Virus record (IMG/VR): IMGVR_UViG_3300028832_000110
Span: 43,406-107,405 of that record
DNA length: 64,000 nt
Origin: a virus
Lineage: Duplodnaviria; Caudoviricetes
Direction: 5' to 3' (one strand)
Shown: in pieces, positions 1 to 10,606 of the stretch
How positions within the stretch are numbered: position 1 is the stretch's first letter
How the letters are laid out: each line of letters begins with the position of its first letter
Position numbers and translations under genes: made by a program
The notes under the pieces: model-generated
Seen by the model: the letters and a program-made list of their open reading frames with translations, nothing else
Database searches by the model: none
Told to the model about the DNA's origin: nothing

Positions 1-3000
1 CCTCAGAACCAGCATCTACGTTATAGAACTTCAACGTCATTGATTCTGCCTGAGATTGGGTGTACTTAATTCCCTCCGGGCCAAGGTTATACAAAAACTT
101 TCCGTCTTTATCGTAATAGTTCAATATTGCTAACCCATCAGAATTTACACCCATAACAATGTTCGGAAAACTAAATGCACCATAGAAGCTAATAATTCCA
201 TTATCAATAATAATTTTAGAATTTGAACCAAGGCTCATAATAGCCCCTCTGATATGTGCGTCACTCTGATATGTCTGACCTGTACGAAGGTCAACTGCAT
301 AATTAGGAATGAATCGGGCATCGGCAGGTTCTATTTCTACTGAAACTATGTGACCTTCCTCTCCATCTTCATTTGTTGCAGCACGTAAGTTCCAATTATT
401 GCTTGTACTACCAAGAGTTATAGTTTTGGTAAGTACAACGGCTTCCTCACTCGTTGTTCCTGCAATATAGTATTCATCCTGCGTATTATCTCCATTGAAT
501 AGACGGACGTGTACCGTATCACTGGCATTTACATAGGCAGTAATCTTAAATGTATAAGTTCCTGCTGTCAGACGGAAATTGTCTGTTATCTTAGTCCATG
601 CTGTTGTGTAAGCCTTATCAACATCAGGCGCAATAACGGTAAGGTTGAATGGGTCATAGCCCCAAGGATATGCAGGATCGAAGTATGTATATGCAGCACG
701 TCCATCATATTCGTCAGGACTTTCCACCGTACCACCATAGTAAGTACCATCAATATAACCATGAACTGACAACAACCAGTCGCCCGAAATGATAGCAGAA
801 CCGAAACGTGCAAAGTTCTTTACAAAGATAGCCTCAGTGAGAACCATTCCGAAGTTTTCTATCTTTCTCCACTTAGAAGATGTGCTATCAGAAGGAATAT
901 CACTACTTGTTGCAGAATCGGCATTGAGATACCACCATTCAGTACCATAATAGACAACAGGACATAATGTAGTAGTGCGACTATAAGGTGCTTTTGCGGG
1001 GAACTCTCCTGCGATATAATACATACGCCCCGGATCACCCTTGATACTCGAACCATTCTTTCCATTGGTAGTAATCTGTATGCTTTCACTGGCAACGACT
1101 TTGCCACCAATAGTAAGATTCACGACAAAGGCTGATTCATCTGAGAAACCAGTACCATTGTAGTACTTGGTGGCAAACGTGTTACCACTAACAATAAATC
1201 CTTCGCTAATACTATTAACATCTGGTACATTGTCTTGACTCTCAATTCCAGAACTATTTATATCAAGGAAGTACATCGAAAGTTCACTGCGACTTAATTC
1301 AGTGTAAGCACTTGTTGTACTGCCAAAAGTCTTTGTAACCTTACCCTTTATATTTACATAGATTGTATCTGTATTGGGGTCTCGATAGAAAGTGCTTCCT
1401 GCAAGTGAAATCTGATAAGTAATGGCAACTTCACCATCCTTTACACTTAATGCTCCGTTGGCAACGTAGACTCCAAGTTCAACTGGAACGGCTGGCTCTG
1501 CCATATTATTCATTCTGGTAATGCCATTGCCCTTACCGAGATTCTTATATCCGATGAAGAGGAATGGATAACGATTTGAACCAGTATAAGGGATTTCTCC
1601 CATTCCGAAGGTTTGTAGCTTATATATGAGTGAGTTGTTCCAACCAATAGCATCATAAGAAACAAGGCAGACAAAAACATTATCACCAAGACTATTAAGT
1701 TTGGTTATTAAGTTGCTAATACCAGTACTTCCATCATACGTGTCATACACAACAGCACTATCTACAACCGCAAGAGTTTGGCGGTTAAGCGTTACAAGGC
1801 ATAATCCTCTGCTCTGAGTTGCAAGGTTGTTGCCCCCATTAACTCTTATCTCGCTATTGACAACATTAGTACCCGCACTATCTTTGTTAAAAGCAGAGCC
1901 TTTTAGATAGATGTATTGTGCATCGTCGCCTTTATCACCATTCTCTACGAGTTTGGTTGCCGAACTCCATTCAGACGCATTGATGGTGTCGGTGTTGGTA
2001 TTGCTAACGGCAGTTGCATGGCGAACCCAACACGGCTTACCATTACTATTAGGAATCTGTGTACTCCAACCATTCAAAGTGCCACTAAGCGCACCAGTAG
2101 AGAATGTATATGTGCAACCATTTGAGGGTTTGTCGTTGCTACCAATACCATCATCCCTCTTATAGATGACAACTGGAGCACTATTCATACCATCGGCAAC
2201 GTACTCCACTGGAGTTGACCACTCGTTAGCAGAGATTTCGTCGGTATCGGTGGTACTCCTTGCAGTAGCCATTATCACATACAACTTAGTTCCTGCTTCT
2301 GCTGCGGGTATCGTCTGACTCCAACTATTGAATCCAGAACCACTAAGCGCACCAGTAGAGAATGTGTAGGTAAGTTTGTCAGTAGGACGGTCTGAGTCTG
2401 TAAGGGCTGTGGCAGAACGTCTATAAAGAGGTACAACGGCAGAGTTGACACCATCCTCAATCATCTTAACGGCATTGCCGCTACTATCTCCACTCCACTC
2501 AGAACTATTAATAGTATCGGTGGTTGTGTTACTAACAGCGGTAGCTTGACGTACCCAAAGCGGATTGCCGTCGGTTGCAGGGATCGTCTTTGACCATCCG
2601 TTAAGCGTACCAGAAAGTGAGCCGTCGGCAAATGTATAGACAACGCCATTAGCGGGTCTGTCACTATTATTCGGCTGTGTGGCACTACGCTTATAGATAA
2701 GTACGGTAGCACTATTCATACCATCGGCAACGTACTCCACTGGAGTTGACCACTCGTTAGCAGAGATTTCGTCGTATAAGTCCTTACTACGTGCCGTGGC
2801 CATAGTGACATATAGTTTCGTTCCAGAAGAAACGGCAGGCATGGTCTGGCTCCATTCATTGAAGCCAGTGCCAGTGAGATTATTCGTTGCAAATGAATAA
2901 GTCAACGTTCCATTCGGACGGTCACTATTCGTCAACGGCGTAGCAGAACGGCGATAAAGGGGAACTACGCAAGTGTTGTAGCCGTCAACCCCATTGTTGC

Positions 3001-3055
3001 CGTCCTCTCCGTCATTGACGGTGGTCATGCTTATCGGTGCGCAAATGATACCCAT
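1..3055 (-). CDS. Tail fibre / receptor-binding protein (3' end outside window; absent from ORF track)
   Basis: ATG at 3055 (MGIICAPISMTTVNDGEDGNNGVDG...); frame spot-checked open near 1800 and at the window edge (...FLYNLGPEGIKYTQ...). About four ~88-aa repeats at ~1960-3030, an ILEI/PANDER-like segment (SRGLCLVTLNRQTL...VSYDAIGW) at ~1520-1815, and last position in the tail operon. Confidence 0.75.
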   Translation of the reverse strand, partial: MGIICAPISMTTVNDGEDGNNGVDGYNTCVVPLYRRSATPLTNSDRPNGTLTYSFATNNLTGTGFNEWSQTMPAVSSGTKLYVTMATARSKDLYDEISANEWSTPVEYVADGMNSATVLIYKRSATQPNNSDRPANGVVYTFADGSLSGTLNGWSKTIPATDGNPLWVRQATAVSNTTTDTINSSEWSGDSSGNAVKMIEDGVNSAVVPLYRRSATALTDSDRPTDKLTYTFSTGALSGSGFNSWSQTIPAAEAGTKLYVIMATARSTTDTDEISANEWSTPVEYVADGMNSAPVVIYKRDDGIGSNDKPSNGCTYTFSTGALSGTLNGWSTQIPNSNGKPCWVRHATAVSNTNTDTINASEWSSATKLVENGDKGDDAQYIYLKGSAFNKDSAGTNVVNSEIRVNGGNNLATQSRGLCLVTLNRQTLAVVDSAVVYDTYDGSTGISNLITKLNSLGDNVFVCLVSYDAIGWNNSLIYKLQTFGMGEIPYTGSNRYPFLFIGYKNLGKGNGITRMNNMAEPAVPVELGVYVANGALSVKDGEVAITYQISLAGSTFYRDPNTDTIYVNIKGKVTKTFGSTTSAYTELSRSELSMYFLDINSSGIESQDNVPDVNSISEGFIVSGNTFATKYYNGTGFSDESAFVVNLTIGGKVVASESIQITTNGKNGSSIKGDPGRMYYIAGEFPAKAPYSRTTTLCPVVYYGTEWWYLNADSATSSDIPSDSTSSKWRKIENFGMVLTEAIFVKNFARFGSAIISGDWLLSVHGYIDGTYYGGTVESPDEYDGRAAYTYFDPAYPWGYDPFNLTVIAPDVDKAYTTAWTKITDNFRLTAGTYTFKITAYVNASDTVHVRLFNGDNTQDEYYIAGTTSEEAVVLTKTITLGSTSNNWNLRAATNEDGEEGHIVSVEIEPADARFIPNYAVDLRTGQTYQSDAHIRGAIMSLGSNSKIIIDNGIISFYGAFSFPNIVMGVNSDGLAILNYYDKDGKFLYNLGPEGIKYTQSQAESMTLKFYNVDAGSE
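2177..2774. repeat. 67-bp exact direct repeat (2177-2243 = 2708-2774) inside tail fibre repeats
   Basis: AGCACTATTCATACCATCGGCAACGTACTCCACTGGAGTTGACCACTCGTTAGCAGAGATTTCGTCG occurs twice. Confidence 0.9.
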
Positions 3056-3064
3056 ATATTCTCT

Positions 3065-4288
3065 TTAAATAGTTGCTCTTACGATACCACTGATATTCTT
3101 TCCTGCATTGTGAATGTCGGCAAAGCAGCAGGTAAAACCGCCTCGCGTCCATGCCTGACCGCTACCAGTCTTGCTAATGTCACACCATCCATCACTCCAC
3201 TTTCCCGCTACGTTCAAAGGCGAACCAGACTCAGAAGTGAAGTCGCTTGATGTCATAGCCGAACCGTTGGCTTTCTTTGGCATGAACTCAAATTTCTTGA
3301 CAGTCTTGATGTCTTCGGCATCGGTGTTGGTGGCAATGAATATATCCCACGTCACCTTCTGACCTTTGTGAAGCGAGACTGGAGCACCATTGATTTTTGC
3401 CGATGTGCCTCCGAGCGTGTAGTAGACATACATTACCTGCTCGTCGCCTTGGTCATCAATAGTCTCAGTAATCGTCAACACGTCATTCCACTGCGTCGCA
3501 TCGTTTTCATCCTTGACTTGGAAGGTACAGGTAACGGTGGCAATATCCAACACACCGCTTTCGTCGTCGCCGCTGACATGGAGAATGTCGTTGGTCTTAC
3601 CAGTGCCAGACGATGACATATAGATTGGGTCATTGGGATTGGTGGAGGTAACGGTAGTGCCGTTGAACTTCCACACGCACTTGTATTCGCTGACTCCGAC
3701 ACCTGCTGAATATAGGTTGGCAACACAACGTATGCTTTGGTCATCGGAAAGGATGACACTGCCATCTGGGAAGTCAATGCCTCCGAAATATCCATTGCTC
3801 GAAACCTCGCCCAACTGAACGGTAACACCTGCTGAGAAAGGAATAGGATCGCCAGACATTTCGACATTTCCATCAATGCGGATAACGTCATTGTTCAATG
3901 CACCTGCCAAAGCCAGGTTATACACTATCTTCAATGCAGGCATCGAAATTCCATTCCATGTCGCCGTTGTGCGTTGGAACAATGAGTGTGTTCCAGATTT
4001 GGCATTGGTGGAATAACCTTCGCTGTCAAATGTAATTTCCGTATTATTCCAGTACCATTTGACGGCATTTTGTGTCTCAGCACTCCATCCAGTAGGTGCA
4101 ATAGGAGTTGCACCATCAAGAAGGGTAAGGTAGATAGTTGGGCCTGCGCCTGCTGACCAATCTGGAGAAAAAGTTCCATTCTCCTTGTTGTAGCCTTGCG
4201 ATAAAGACTTATTGGCTACCAGTGAGCCGTGAATAGTCGTACCATCGTCGATAGACGACATGAATATTTGATTACTTACATATCCCAT
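3065..4288 (-). CDS. Tail/baseplate-associated structural protein
   Basis: 407-aa beta-rich ORF with Ig-like character in the tail operon. Confidence 0.6.
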   Translation of the reverse strand: MGYVSNQIFMSSIDDGTTIHGSLVANKSLSQGYNKENGTFSPDWSAGAGPTIYLTLLDGATPIAPTGWSAETQNAVKWYWNNTEITFDSEGYSTNAKSGTHSLFQRTTATWNGISMPALKIVYNLALAGALNNDVIRIDGNVEMSGDPIPFSAGVTVQLGEVSSNGYFGGIDFPDGSVILSDDQSIRCVANLYSAGVGVSEYKCVWKFNGTTVTSTNPNDPIYMSSSGTGKTNDILHVSGDDESGVLDIATVTCTFQVKDENDATQWNDVLTITETIDDQGDEQVMYVYYTLGGTSAKINGAPVSLHKGQKVTWDIFIATNTDAEDIKTVKKFEFMPKKANGSAMTSSDFTSESGSPLNVAGKWSDGWCDISKTGSGQAWTRGGFTCCFADIHNAGKNISGIVRATI

Positions 4289-4291
4289 AGC

Positions 4292-4588
4292 TTATTCCTC
4301 CGTATTATTTTCTGTTACACTTTCGGGGTTATTTTCTTTCTTGATACCGCCACTACCGCCAATCTCATGTCCGTTTCTGGCAATAAGTTCTTTGGCTGTG
4401 GCAGCAGCGATTTCTACAACATCTGGCTCACGCACGTCAATTTGTTTGAGCTGACCGCTATTGATAGCACTTCTGATGTCGGACTCAGACAACACGTATC
4501 TTTCGCCCTCGATTTTATAGCGGCATTGTGTGAGGCTGCATTTGCCTGCGATTTCCGCACTGACTGAATAGTGTTTATTCGTTCTCAT
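4292..4588 (-). CDS. Hypothetical protein (tail operon)
   Basis: 98-aa ORF tightly packed between tail genes. Confidence 0.6.
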   Translation of the reverse strand: MRTNKHYSVSAEIAGKCSLTQCRYKIEGERYVLSESDIRSAINSGQLKQIDVREPDVVEIAAATAKELIARNGHEIGGSGGIKKENNPESVTENNTEE

Positions 4589-4598
4589 ATCTCACCAA

Positions 4599-5786
4599 TT
4601 AGAATTTACGTCCAGTTACGATTTTACCGCTATGCGTCACAACCTTACCGCCATGAGTTACGGCAACCATAGCACCGAGAATCTTTCCCTCTGGCACAAC
4701 GTTTACTGGATATTGGTTGCCTATAACCTCGCTTTCTGGAATTGTGATAGAAGCACCAGTGCCAAGGTATCGGCTAATTTTTACTCCAGTATCTGGATTG
4801 ATTTTCTCCAGAGTCCATTCCGTGACAATTCTCTCGTTGGCAATTTCTTCTGGAATGTCAAAGCCGTTTTGACGATAAAGAACTTTATAAGTGTGACTCA
4901 CCATGTCTGCGCGGGCTGTGTCGCCATTAATGCTATAAGCGCGTCCGCGAAGTCGGCGCGTATCCCAAGAAACGTTTGCCCTTGCCTTTACGAATGGAAC
5001 ATTGGGTGCTGTGGCAGTAGTAGAGTCTGCCATCTTAACATATAGTTCAATGCCATCCGATTCATAGTCGGCATTGAGCGTGATGGTACTACCGTTGCTG
5101 CTAAGACTCACCAAAGCCAAAAGCGGGTTGTTACTGTCATCAACGGCAACGAGACTGCCATTATAGAGATAGTACCAGAAGAATTTGCAGGTACTTGATA
5201 CATCGTCACCGCCTTGCATGGCTTTTGCCGTAAACGACACAATAGGCGATATGTTGGAAAGTGGTCGCCAGTAAATGCGATCACCAGTTGCATTGCCGTT
5301 ATACAAGCCGCTTATCTTGATTGAGTATGCGGATTCTGCCACGTCATCGGTTGTGACGGTCACTGATTCTTCTATGGTTTCGGGTGATCCTTTGCGGCTG
5401 TCTATGTAAGTCACTGAGCAACGAAGGGTAAGACCATTGCCATAGGGAACGTTCTTACGCATTATCAATGAGCCGTCTGCACCAACAGAGAAATCGGCAG
5501 AGGTATCGTCGGCAGTATAAGCCGTAGTAGTGCCGTTCTTATCCGTGACATACCAAGTCACTGAGGAATAGGTGGGCTTATACGTCTGCTTGCTGTCTGG
5601 GTCGTAAACAGATACGTCAGGACGTAAGATAAGGGGAGTAATCTCGTGATCGGGTTCATAGGCTTGCTCCGTTCTGTAATAGAATTGGCGCAAACCGATA
5701 TTTCCTACGTCAACGAGACTAATCGTCGCGTTTAACGGCGTGAAGAGGGTGCTTACCCCAAGTCCTTGTGATTTTACTTTCTTCAT
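4599..5786 (-). CDS. Tail/baseplate-associated structural protein
   Basis: 395-aa beta-rich ORF; synteny with tail genes. Confidence 0.6.
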   Translation of the reverse strand: MKKVKSQGLGVSTLFTPLNATISLVDVGNIGLRQFYYRTEQAYEPDHEITPLILRPDVSVYDPDSKQTYKPTYSSVTWYVTDKNGTTTAYTADDTSADFSVGADGSLIMRKNVPYGNGLTLRCSVTYIDSRKGSPETIEESVTVTTDDVAESAYSIKISGLYNGNATGDRIYWRPLSNISPIVSFTAKAMQGGDDVSSTCKFFWYYLYNGSLVAVDDSNNPLLALVSLSSNGSTITLNADYESDGIELYVKMADSTTATAPNVPFVKARANVSWDTRRLRGRAYSINGDTARADMVSHTYKVLYRQNGFDIPEEIANERIVTEWTLEKINPDTGVKISRYLGTGASITIPESEVIGNQYPVNVVPEGKILGAMVAVTHGGKVVTHSGKIVTGRKF

Positions 5787-5792
5787 ATCTCG

Positions 5793-8700
5793 TTAAAATG
5801 TTATTTCTGCACTTATTTCCGTATCTATGTTGGCAGCATAAGCCAAACATTCAAATTTAGCAGGATTTTGAGCACTCCAACCAGTAGGCATATCAGCAGC
5901 CGTAATGGTGATATTGCGTTGCTTATGCGTCTGACCCCATGCCTTGTCTTCAGTACCGTCAGCAAGGTATCGCTTCCACTGCCATGAAGTCACTTTGCTC
6001 GAAATGTCTTCCATGCCCCAAATAACCTTTGGAACAATGGGGATATTGATATTTGTCTTTCGGGTAGTGATGTATTCACCGTATGGCGTTCCATCTGGGC
6101 GATAGAATTTCAGACTGAATGTAGTGTTTCCACTTATGATTTGCCAGTCCGTACAACCGAATGTCGGCTCCTGGGTTGTTCCGTCAACAAGACATTCCCA
6201 TAAAATGCCATAGTTCCAGACACGGCTAATCTCCAAATCCACCTTAAACTCCAACATCATCTTCTTATGCAAATCCGCGTCAGACAAAGAAGAATATGCG
6301 GGATCGTCACGATATTGCCTCCACGTAGCTTTCGTGTAGGTTTTGAAGTGATATGGGTCAAAGATTTGCTGACCATTGTAATCAGTAGTTGGCTGTGGAA
6401 CGGTACTATCAGGAGCAACCCACTGACCTCTATCCTCTTTGACAACCTTCGCAGGATAATTTGCATTGTGCTGATGGTCGTAGAATACGGTGTTGACGTA
6501 CAGCGACGGCATATTGACATTCCAAATCGGTTTACCTTGCGCATCGTGTGGAAGGTTGGCTAAGTCTGGCAATATACCAAGACAAAGAGCATAGTTGTTA
6601 TCGTCGATAATGGGCTTGTCTACGTTCCAGAAGAAACTCAGTCTCTTATCGGTTGTAGATAATACCCATGACTGCTGCCTACCCAACTGGCTCTGCTTAA
6701 CGGAATCGCTATAAGAAGTCGGATCATCGCCATTCTCCAAACCATCGGCGACATTGCCGTGCCTTGTCAGAGTGACAATTTTCTCATAGCCATCTGGGAA
6801 TAGTTCATAGTCTTCAAGCAATGCAGCCGTGTAATCCTCGTCAATCTCAGTACCGAGGAATGTGAAGTTTTTGGCTCCTGGCACTATTGGGTCGCCATTC
6901 AGCTTAACACCATTATAAGGAGCAACCTTTATAGTGTTGTTTTCAAGGTCTACGCTTATGACTTTCACATAGCAAGTAAAGTATGTGCCATGATCAAGTA
7001 AGTCGTTTATCTTTGCATAGAGAATATCACCGGGATAGAAAGGCGTATGGTCGTTATCATGCTCTTTGTGCATTGTCAAAACCAAACGCTGACCTCCATC
7101 TGAGAAATCAACGCGCTCTGTGGTGTCACCCTCAGTAAAGGAATAATCACTTTCCATCAACTGCAAGCGGTTGATGATAAGTTCCATGACGCGAAGGAAT
7201 CCACGAACATTCATGCCATCGGCCTCAATGAGTCCTTCTTTGGCATTCATGTAGATACCAGTTCCGTCCAAGAAACCAGAACGCGCACCTTCACTCTTCA
7301 GCTCATTGGAGAAAATCAGATTCTTTACTTTCAGCAAGTCCTCTACATTCAGAGTACCCTTTACCAATCCTCTAACAATGAGATCAATGAAGTCCGCTGT
7401 ACCGTCTGGGGCAACAGAAGCTCCTTTGTCTTTATCGCTTCCTTCCAATGGGTGCTCACGGTAGAATTCACCAAACCATGCTGCATACAAAGACTTCAAT
7501 CCCTTTTCAAAAGTGATACGTCCTGCTGCAATATCGTCTGTTAGTCTCGAAATAAAGTATTCAGAGCCATATTGTCTGATGAACCCCTTTATTTGTGCTA
7601 CGCTATATCCACCACCTCCACCAAACACATAGGAAGAAAGACTATTCACCTGCTGCTGAACACGCTGCAACATACCCACCTGCTTGTCATTCCTCAGAAC
7701 GATTTCATAGGTCGGTATGCCCTTATTGCCATTCTCCTTAATAGTAATATTATCAATGAATACGCTACCGTCAACATTCAAGTCCTCGTCATTGAAGAGC
7801 ATGAGCATACCAGCTTTCAACGTGTCATGCAGACTGATAACCGTTGCAGGTGAATTCATCGCTCTCTCATGCTGACGCGCCATAAATATTTCATCTATCT
7901 TTGGCAGATAGGTGAAGCGGGTGTAGTTATTATTCAATAGCCAGTATATTGACTTGCGAAGCATCTTAACGCTTGCAGCCCATATATAGCTGCTGTCAGA
8001 AATGTCAATATCCAGAAGCACAAAATGGTCGCCAGTGCGAATCTGGTATGCTTCATTGGCTCTTGCAGCCTCACCTCTTGCGGCATGGCTTGAATATGGG
8101 AACCAGAGGTCAAGGGCTTCATCATGGCAACGGTCAACATTGAGAATCCATCCCGTACCATCTGCCACAACGCTCTTTACATTGAAATTCCTTGCACCGC
8201 AATAGCCGTCTTTCATTGAGATAGTAAGGCTACCGCTGTTATCAACCGCTGATTCAAGGTCAAAGCCTATGTCTTTGAGTTTGATCTTGAACGGCTCAAT
8301 TTCGTCCTCTCCGACAAAAACGCCATTGTCCTGAATGACATCTGCACCGCGAACTTCATCAATACGTTCCTCAGACGATGTGCCATAGACATCGCCAACG
8401 GTCATACCTTCGATGCTTGGGTACACCTCCTGCAAGCCGTTATCGTCGTTTTCCTCATTGAATTGGATATTACCTTCTTTGATGCCTATCAAATCGGCAT
8501 TGCCACTGACGATATAGGGTTTGAGGCGTTCATTGGAGAAACGGATAATATGCTCACCCTCTATGCTCATAAAGGCATCACCCCATGCGTCGGATGGTGT
8601 CTTTCTGATATAGACATAGGTGATACCCTCCGCAATAACGGTCTTACACAACTCAGCTAACGAATACTTTGGAAATCCCGGTAGCATTAGCATATTAACA

Positions 8701-9935
8701 GCCATGTTATTGGGAACAAACACCGTCGAATAGTCTGTATGATCTACTGGCCACCTCTGGAAACTGATGCCCTCGCTGACAATAACGCTGTTTTTGCCAT
8801 TGATGGCATTGAGGAATGCGATGGCTTTGTCACGGTCTGGCTCTTCAAAGTCGCGTGTGCCATACCATACCTGCACCCTATACTCTTTGAGGGTAGTGGT
8901 TTCAAAAAGTTCAAAGAATCCAGTAACGGTTACGCCTCCGCACGTCAACTTCAACACATATCTTGGGTTTTCGTCCGTTCCGGGCGATGACTTCGAGCGT
9001 CGAGTATAATACTCGTAGTCAGTGATGTCGGGGATGAAGTGCATTGAAATAGTCGGCGACACACTTGTTGTAACCGTAATCGTAGAATTCAGTATGCAGG
9101 TCTTACCAAGTTCTGCATAGTAACGAAGAGGAAGATTCTTGTCAGAACCATAAGCAAACAATTTCGTTACTACTTGTTGGTCGTTTTCTGCCTTGCGTTC
9201 AATGGCATAGAGTCCTTTGTTTTTTCCGTATCTGAAAACGTGGTCAACAGGTATGCCCTCGCCGCCAACGATTAAAGCGCGTCCTTTTGTGATGAAATTC
9301 AGTCCGAAATTATTCTTGATGAATTCAAGGGCTGTGCTTACATTGATTTTGTCAACGGCGATATTGACGTTAAATTTCTCGTTTTCTACGGCAGCAGTAG
9401 GATTGCTATGGTCTGTGCCGAAAATCTGCTCCCACAACGAGCTTGCAGCAGCCTTTTTCGTGGGATTGGTGTTATAACGCTGCAAGGTTCTATTGTAGTT
9501 GGGAGTAACCAACAGCCACTCACCGTTATAGCGGTCAATATTTGCCTGCAACCTATCTACGAGGTCATCAACGGTCTCGCAGTAGAAAGAGAATGTAGGG
9601 AGGTTGGTGTAGTGGATATTGTTGTCATACAACACAACGTCAAGGAATCTGACCTCAGACAATTCGGCTGAACGTGCGGATAACTTGACATTCTCGTACT
9701 TGAATGCCTCACCATAACTACCCTTTCTCGCCTGTTTCAATGCAGAGGGAAGGTTGTATATGCAATAGATTTCGTCGCGGTAGATAAGGAAATCACCTAT
9801 CTCCAGTTCAATGGGATTGGGAGAGGTAATCTTAACCATGACATATTCCTCACCCATCCATATATCGTGATACTCCAGATCACTGGCGATATACTTCTCA
9901 ACGCCTGACTTGTCAAATATCGTCCACTTTTCCAT
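5793..9935 (-). CDS. Tail hub / tail spike protein
   Basis: 1380 aa, follows the distal tail gene; FRYGKNKGLYAIER...VVTKLFAYGSDKNLP resembles Bacteroidales phage Tal/hub proteins. Confidence 0.7.
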   Translation of the reverse strand: MEKWTIFDKSGVEKYIASDLEYHDIWMGEEYVMVKITSPNPIELEIGDFLIYRDEIYCIYNLPSALKQARKGSYGEAFKYENVKLSARSAELSEVRFLDVVLYDNNIHYTNLPTFSFYCETVDDLVDRLQANIDRYNGEWLLVTPNYNRTLQRYNTNPTKKAAASSLWEQIFGTDHSNPTAAVENEKFNVNIAVDKINVSTALEFIKNNFGLNFITKGRALIVGGEGIPVDHVFRYGKNKGLYAIERKAENDQQVVTKLFAYGSDKNLPLRYYAELGKTCILNSTITVTTSVSPTISMHFIPDITDYEYYTRRSKSSPGTDENPRYVLKLTCGGVTVTGFFELFETTTLKEYRVQVWYGTRDFEEPDRDKAIAFLNAINGKNSVIVSEGISFQRWPVDHTDYSTVFVPNNMAVNMLMLPGFPKYSLAELCKTVIAEGITYVYIRKTPSDAWGDAFMSIEGEHIIRFSNERLKPYIVSGNADLIGIKEGNIQFNEENDDNGLQEVYPSIEGMTVGDVYGTSSEERIDEVRGADVIQDNGVFVGEDEIEPFKIKLKDIGFDLESAVDNSGSLTISMKDGYCGARNFNVKSVVADGTGWILNVDRCHDEALDLWFPYSSHAARGEAARANEAYQIRTGDHFVLLDIDISDSSYIWAASVKMLRKSIYWLLNNNYTRFTYLPKIDEIFMARQHERAMNSPATVISLHDTLKAGMLMLFNDEDLNVDGSVFIDNITIKENGNKGIPTYEIVLRNDKQVGMLQRVQQQVNSLSSYVFGGGGGYSVAQIKGFIRQYGSEYFISRLTDDIAAGRITFEKGLKSLYAAWFGEFYREHPLEGSDKDKGASVAPDGTADFIDLIVRGLVKGTLNVEDLLKVKNLIFSNELKSEGARSGFLDGTGIYMNAKEGLIEADGMNVRGFLRVMELIINRLQLMESDYSFTEGDTTERVDFSDGGQRLVLTMHKEHDNDHTPFYPGDILYAKINDLLDHGTYFTCYVKVISVDLENNTIKVAPYNGVKLNGDPIVPGAKNFTFLGTEIDEDYTAALLEDYELFPDGYEKIVTLTRHGNVADGLENGDDPTSYSDSVKQSQLGRQQSWVLSTTDKRLSFFWNVDKPIIDDNNYALCLGILPDLANLPHDAQGKPIWNVNMPSLYVNTVFYDHQHNANYPAKVVKEDRGQWVAPDSTVPQPTTDYNGQQIFDPYHFKTYTKATWRQYRDDPAYSSLSDADLHKKMMLEFKVDLEISRVWNYGILWECLVDGTTQEPTFGCTDWQIISGNTTFSLKFYRPDGTPYGEYITTRKTNINIPIVPKVIWGMEDISSKVTSWQWKRYLADGTEDKAWGQTHKQRNITITAADMPTGWSAQNPAKFECLAYAANIDTEISAEITF

Positions 9936-9947
9936 AGCATCCAGAGT

Positions 9948-10460
9948 TTACGATACAACATTGAAGTCTTCATCAAGACAAGTCACGGGGTCGGTAACGC
10001 GGAAAGTCGAGGAAAAGTCAGCAATGGAATTGGGATTGATGTCATCATAGAAGAAAAGTCCGTCATCAATTTCCTTGACATATAAGCCCCTGCGCCCGAT
10101 TTTCGTATATTCGTCGTAAACAGCAAGAAATACACCAGTTTCAGTGCCACGACAATCAGAGATATAGTTGATGAAATTGCGGAGGTCTGAAGACATATTC
10201 TCTTCAATTCCATCATACAAGAAGGTCACTTTCAGATCGTATGCCTGAAACCTCAATCCATCCTTTGACATGAATACGTCCTCACCGTCTTCGTCATGCC
10301 AGTCGCGTGATGGCAGTTCTTTTGACTTGGGGAGGTGCTTGAATGGTAGTTCCTGACAAAGAATGTGATAAGTTTCATATACGTCAACAATCTCGCCTAC
10401 ATTCTCGTAGTCGGTTCCGTCATACGTTTGCTTCTGTATAAGAATCTTCTTTGGTTCCAT
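9948..10460 (-). CDS. Distal tail protein (Dit-like)
   Basis: 170 aa between tape measure and hub; DWHDEDGED and FRVTDP motifs. Confidence 0.6.
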   Translation of the reverse strand: MEPKKILIQKQTYDGTDYENVGEIVDVYETYHILCQELPFKHLPKSKELPSRDWHDEDGEDVFMSKDGLRFQAYDLKVTFLYDGIEENMSSDLRNFINYISDCRGTETGVFLAVYDEYTKIGRRGLYVKEIDDGLFFYDDINPNSIADFSSTFRVTDPVTCLDEDFNVVS

Positions 10461-10476
10461 CGCATAAACTTTGCGG

Positions 10477-10588
10477 CAAATTTAGTAAAACATCTTTACA
10501 ATTAATAGAGAAAAATCTATATTATAATCAAAAAATATTATTAATATCTATTTTTAATACCAATGTTAAAGATTTTTTCGTAAGTTTG
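10477..10588. promoter_or_regulatory. Divergent Bacteroidota promoters
   Basis: TAnnTTTG -7 elements: minus strand 10477-10484 (TAAATTTG) and plus strand 10581-10588 (TAAGTTTG). Confidence 0.6.
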
Positions 10589-10606
10589 CAGCAAAAATAA
10601 GAGGGT

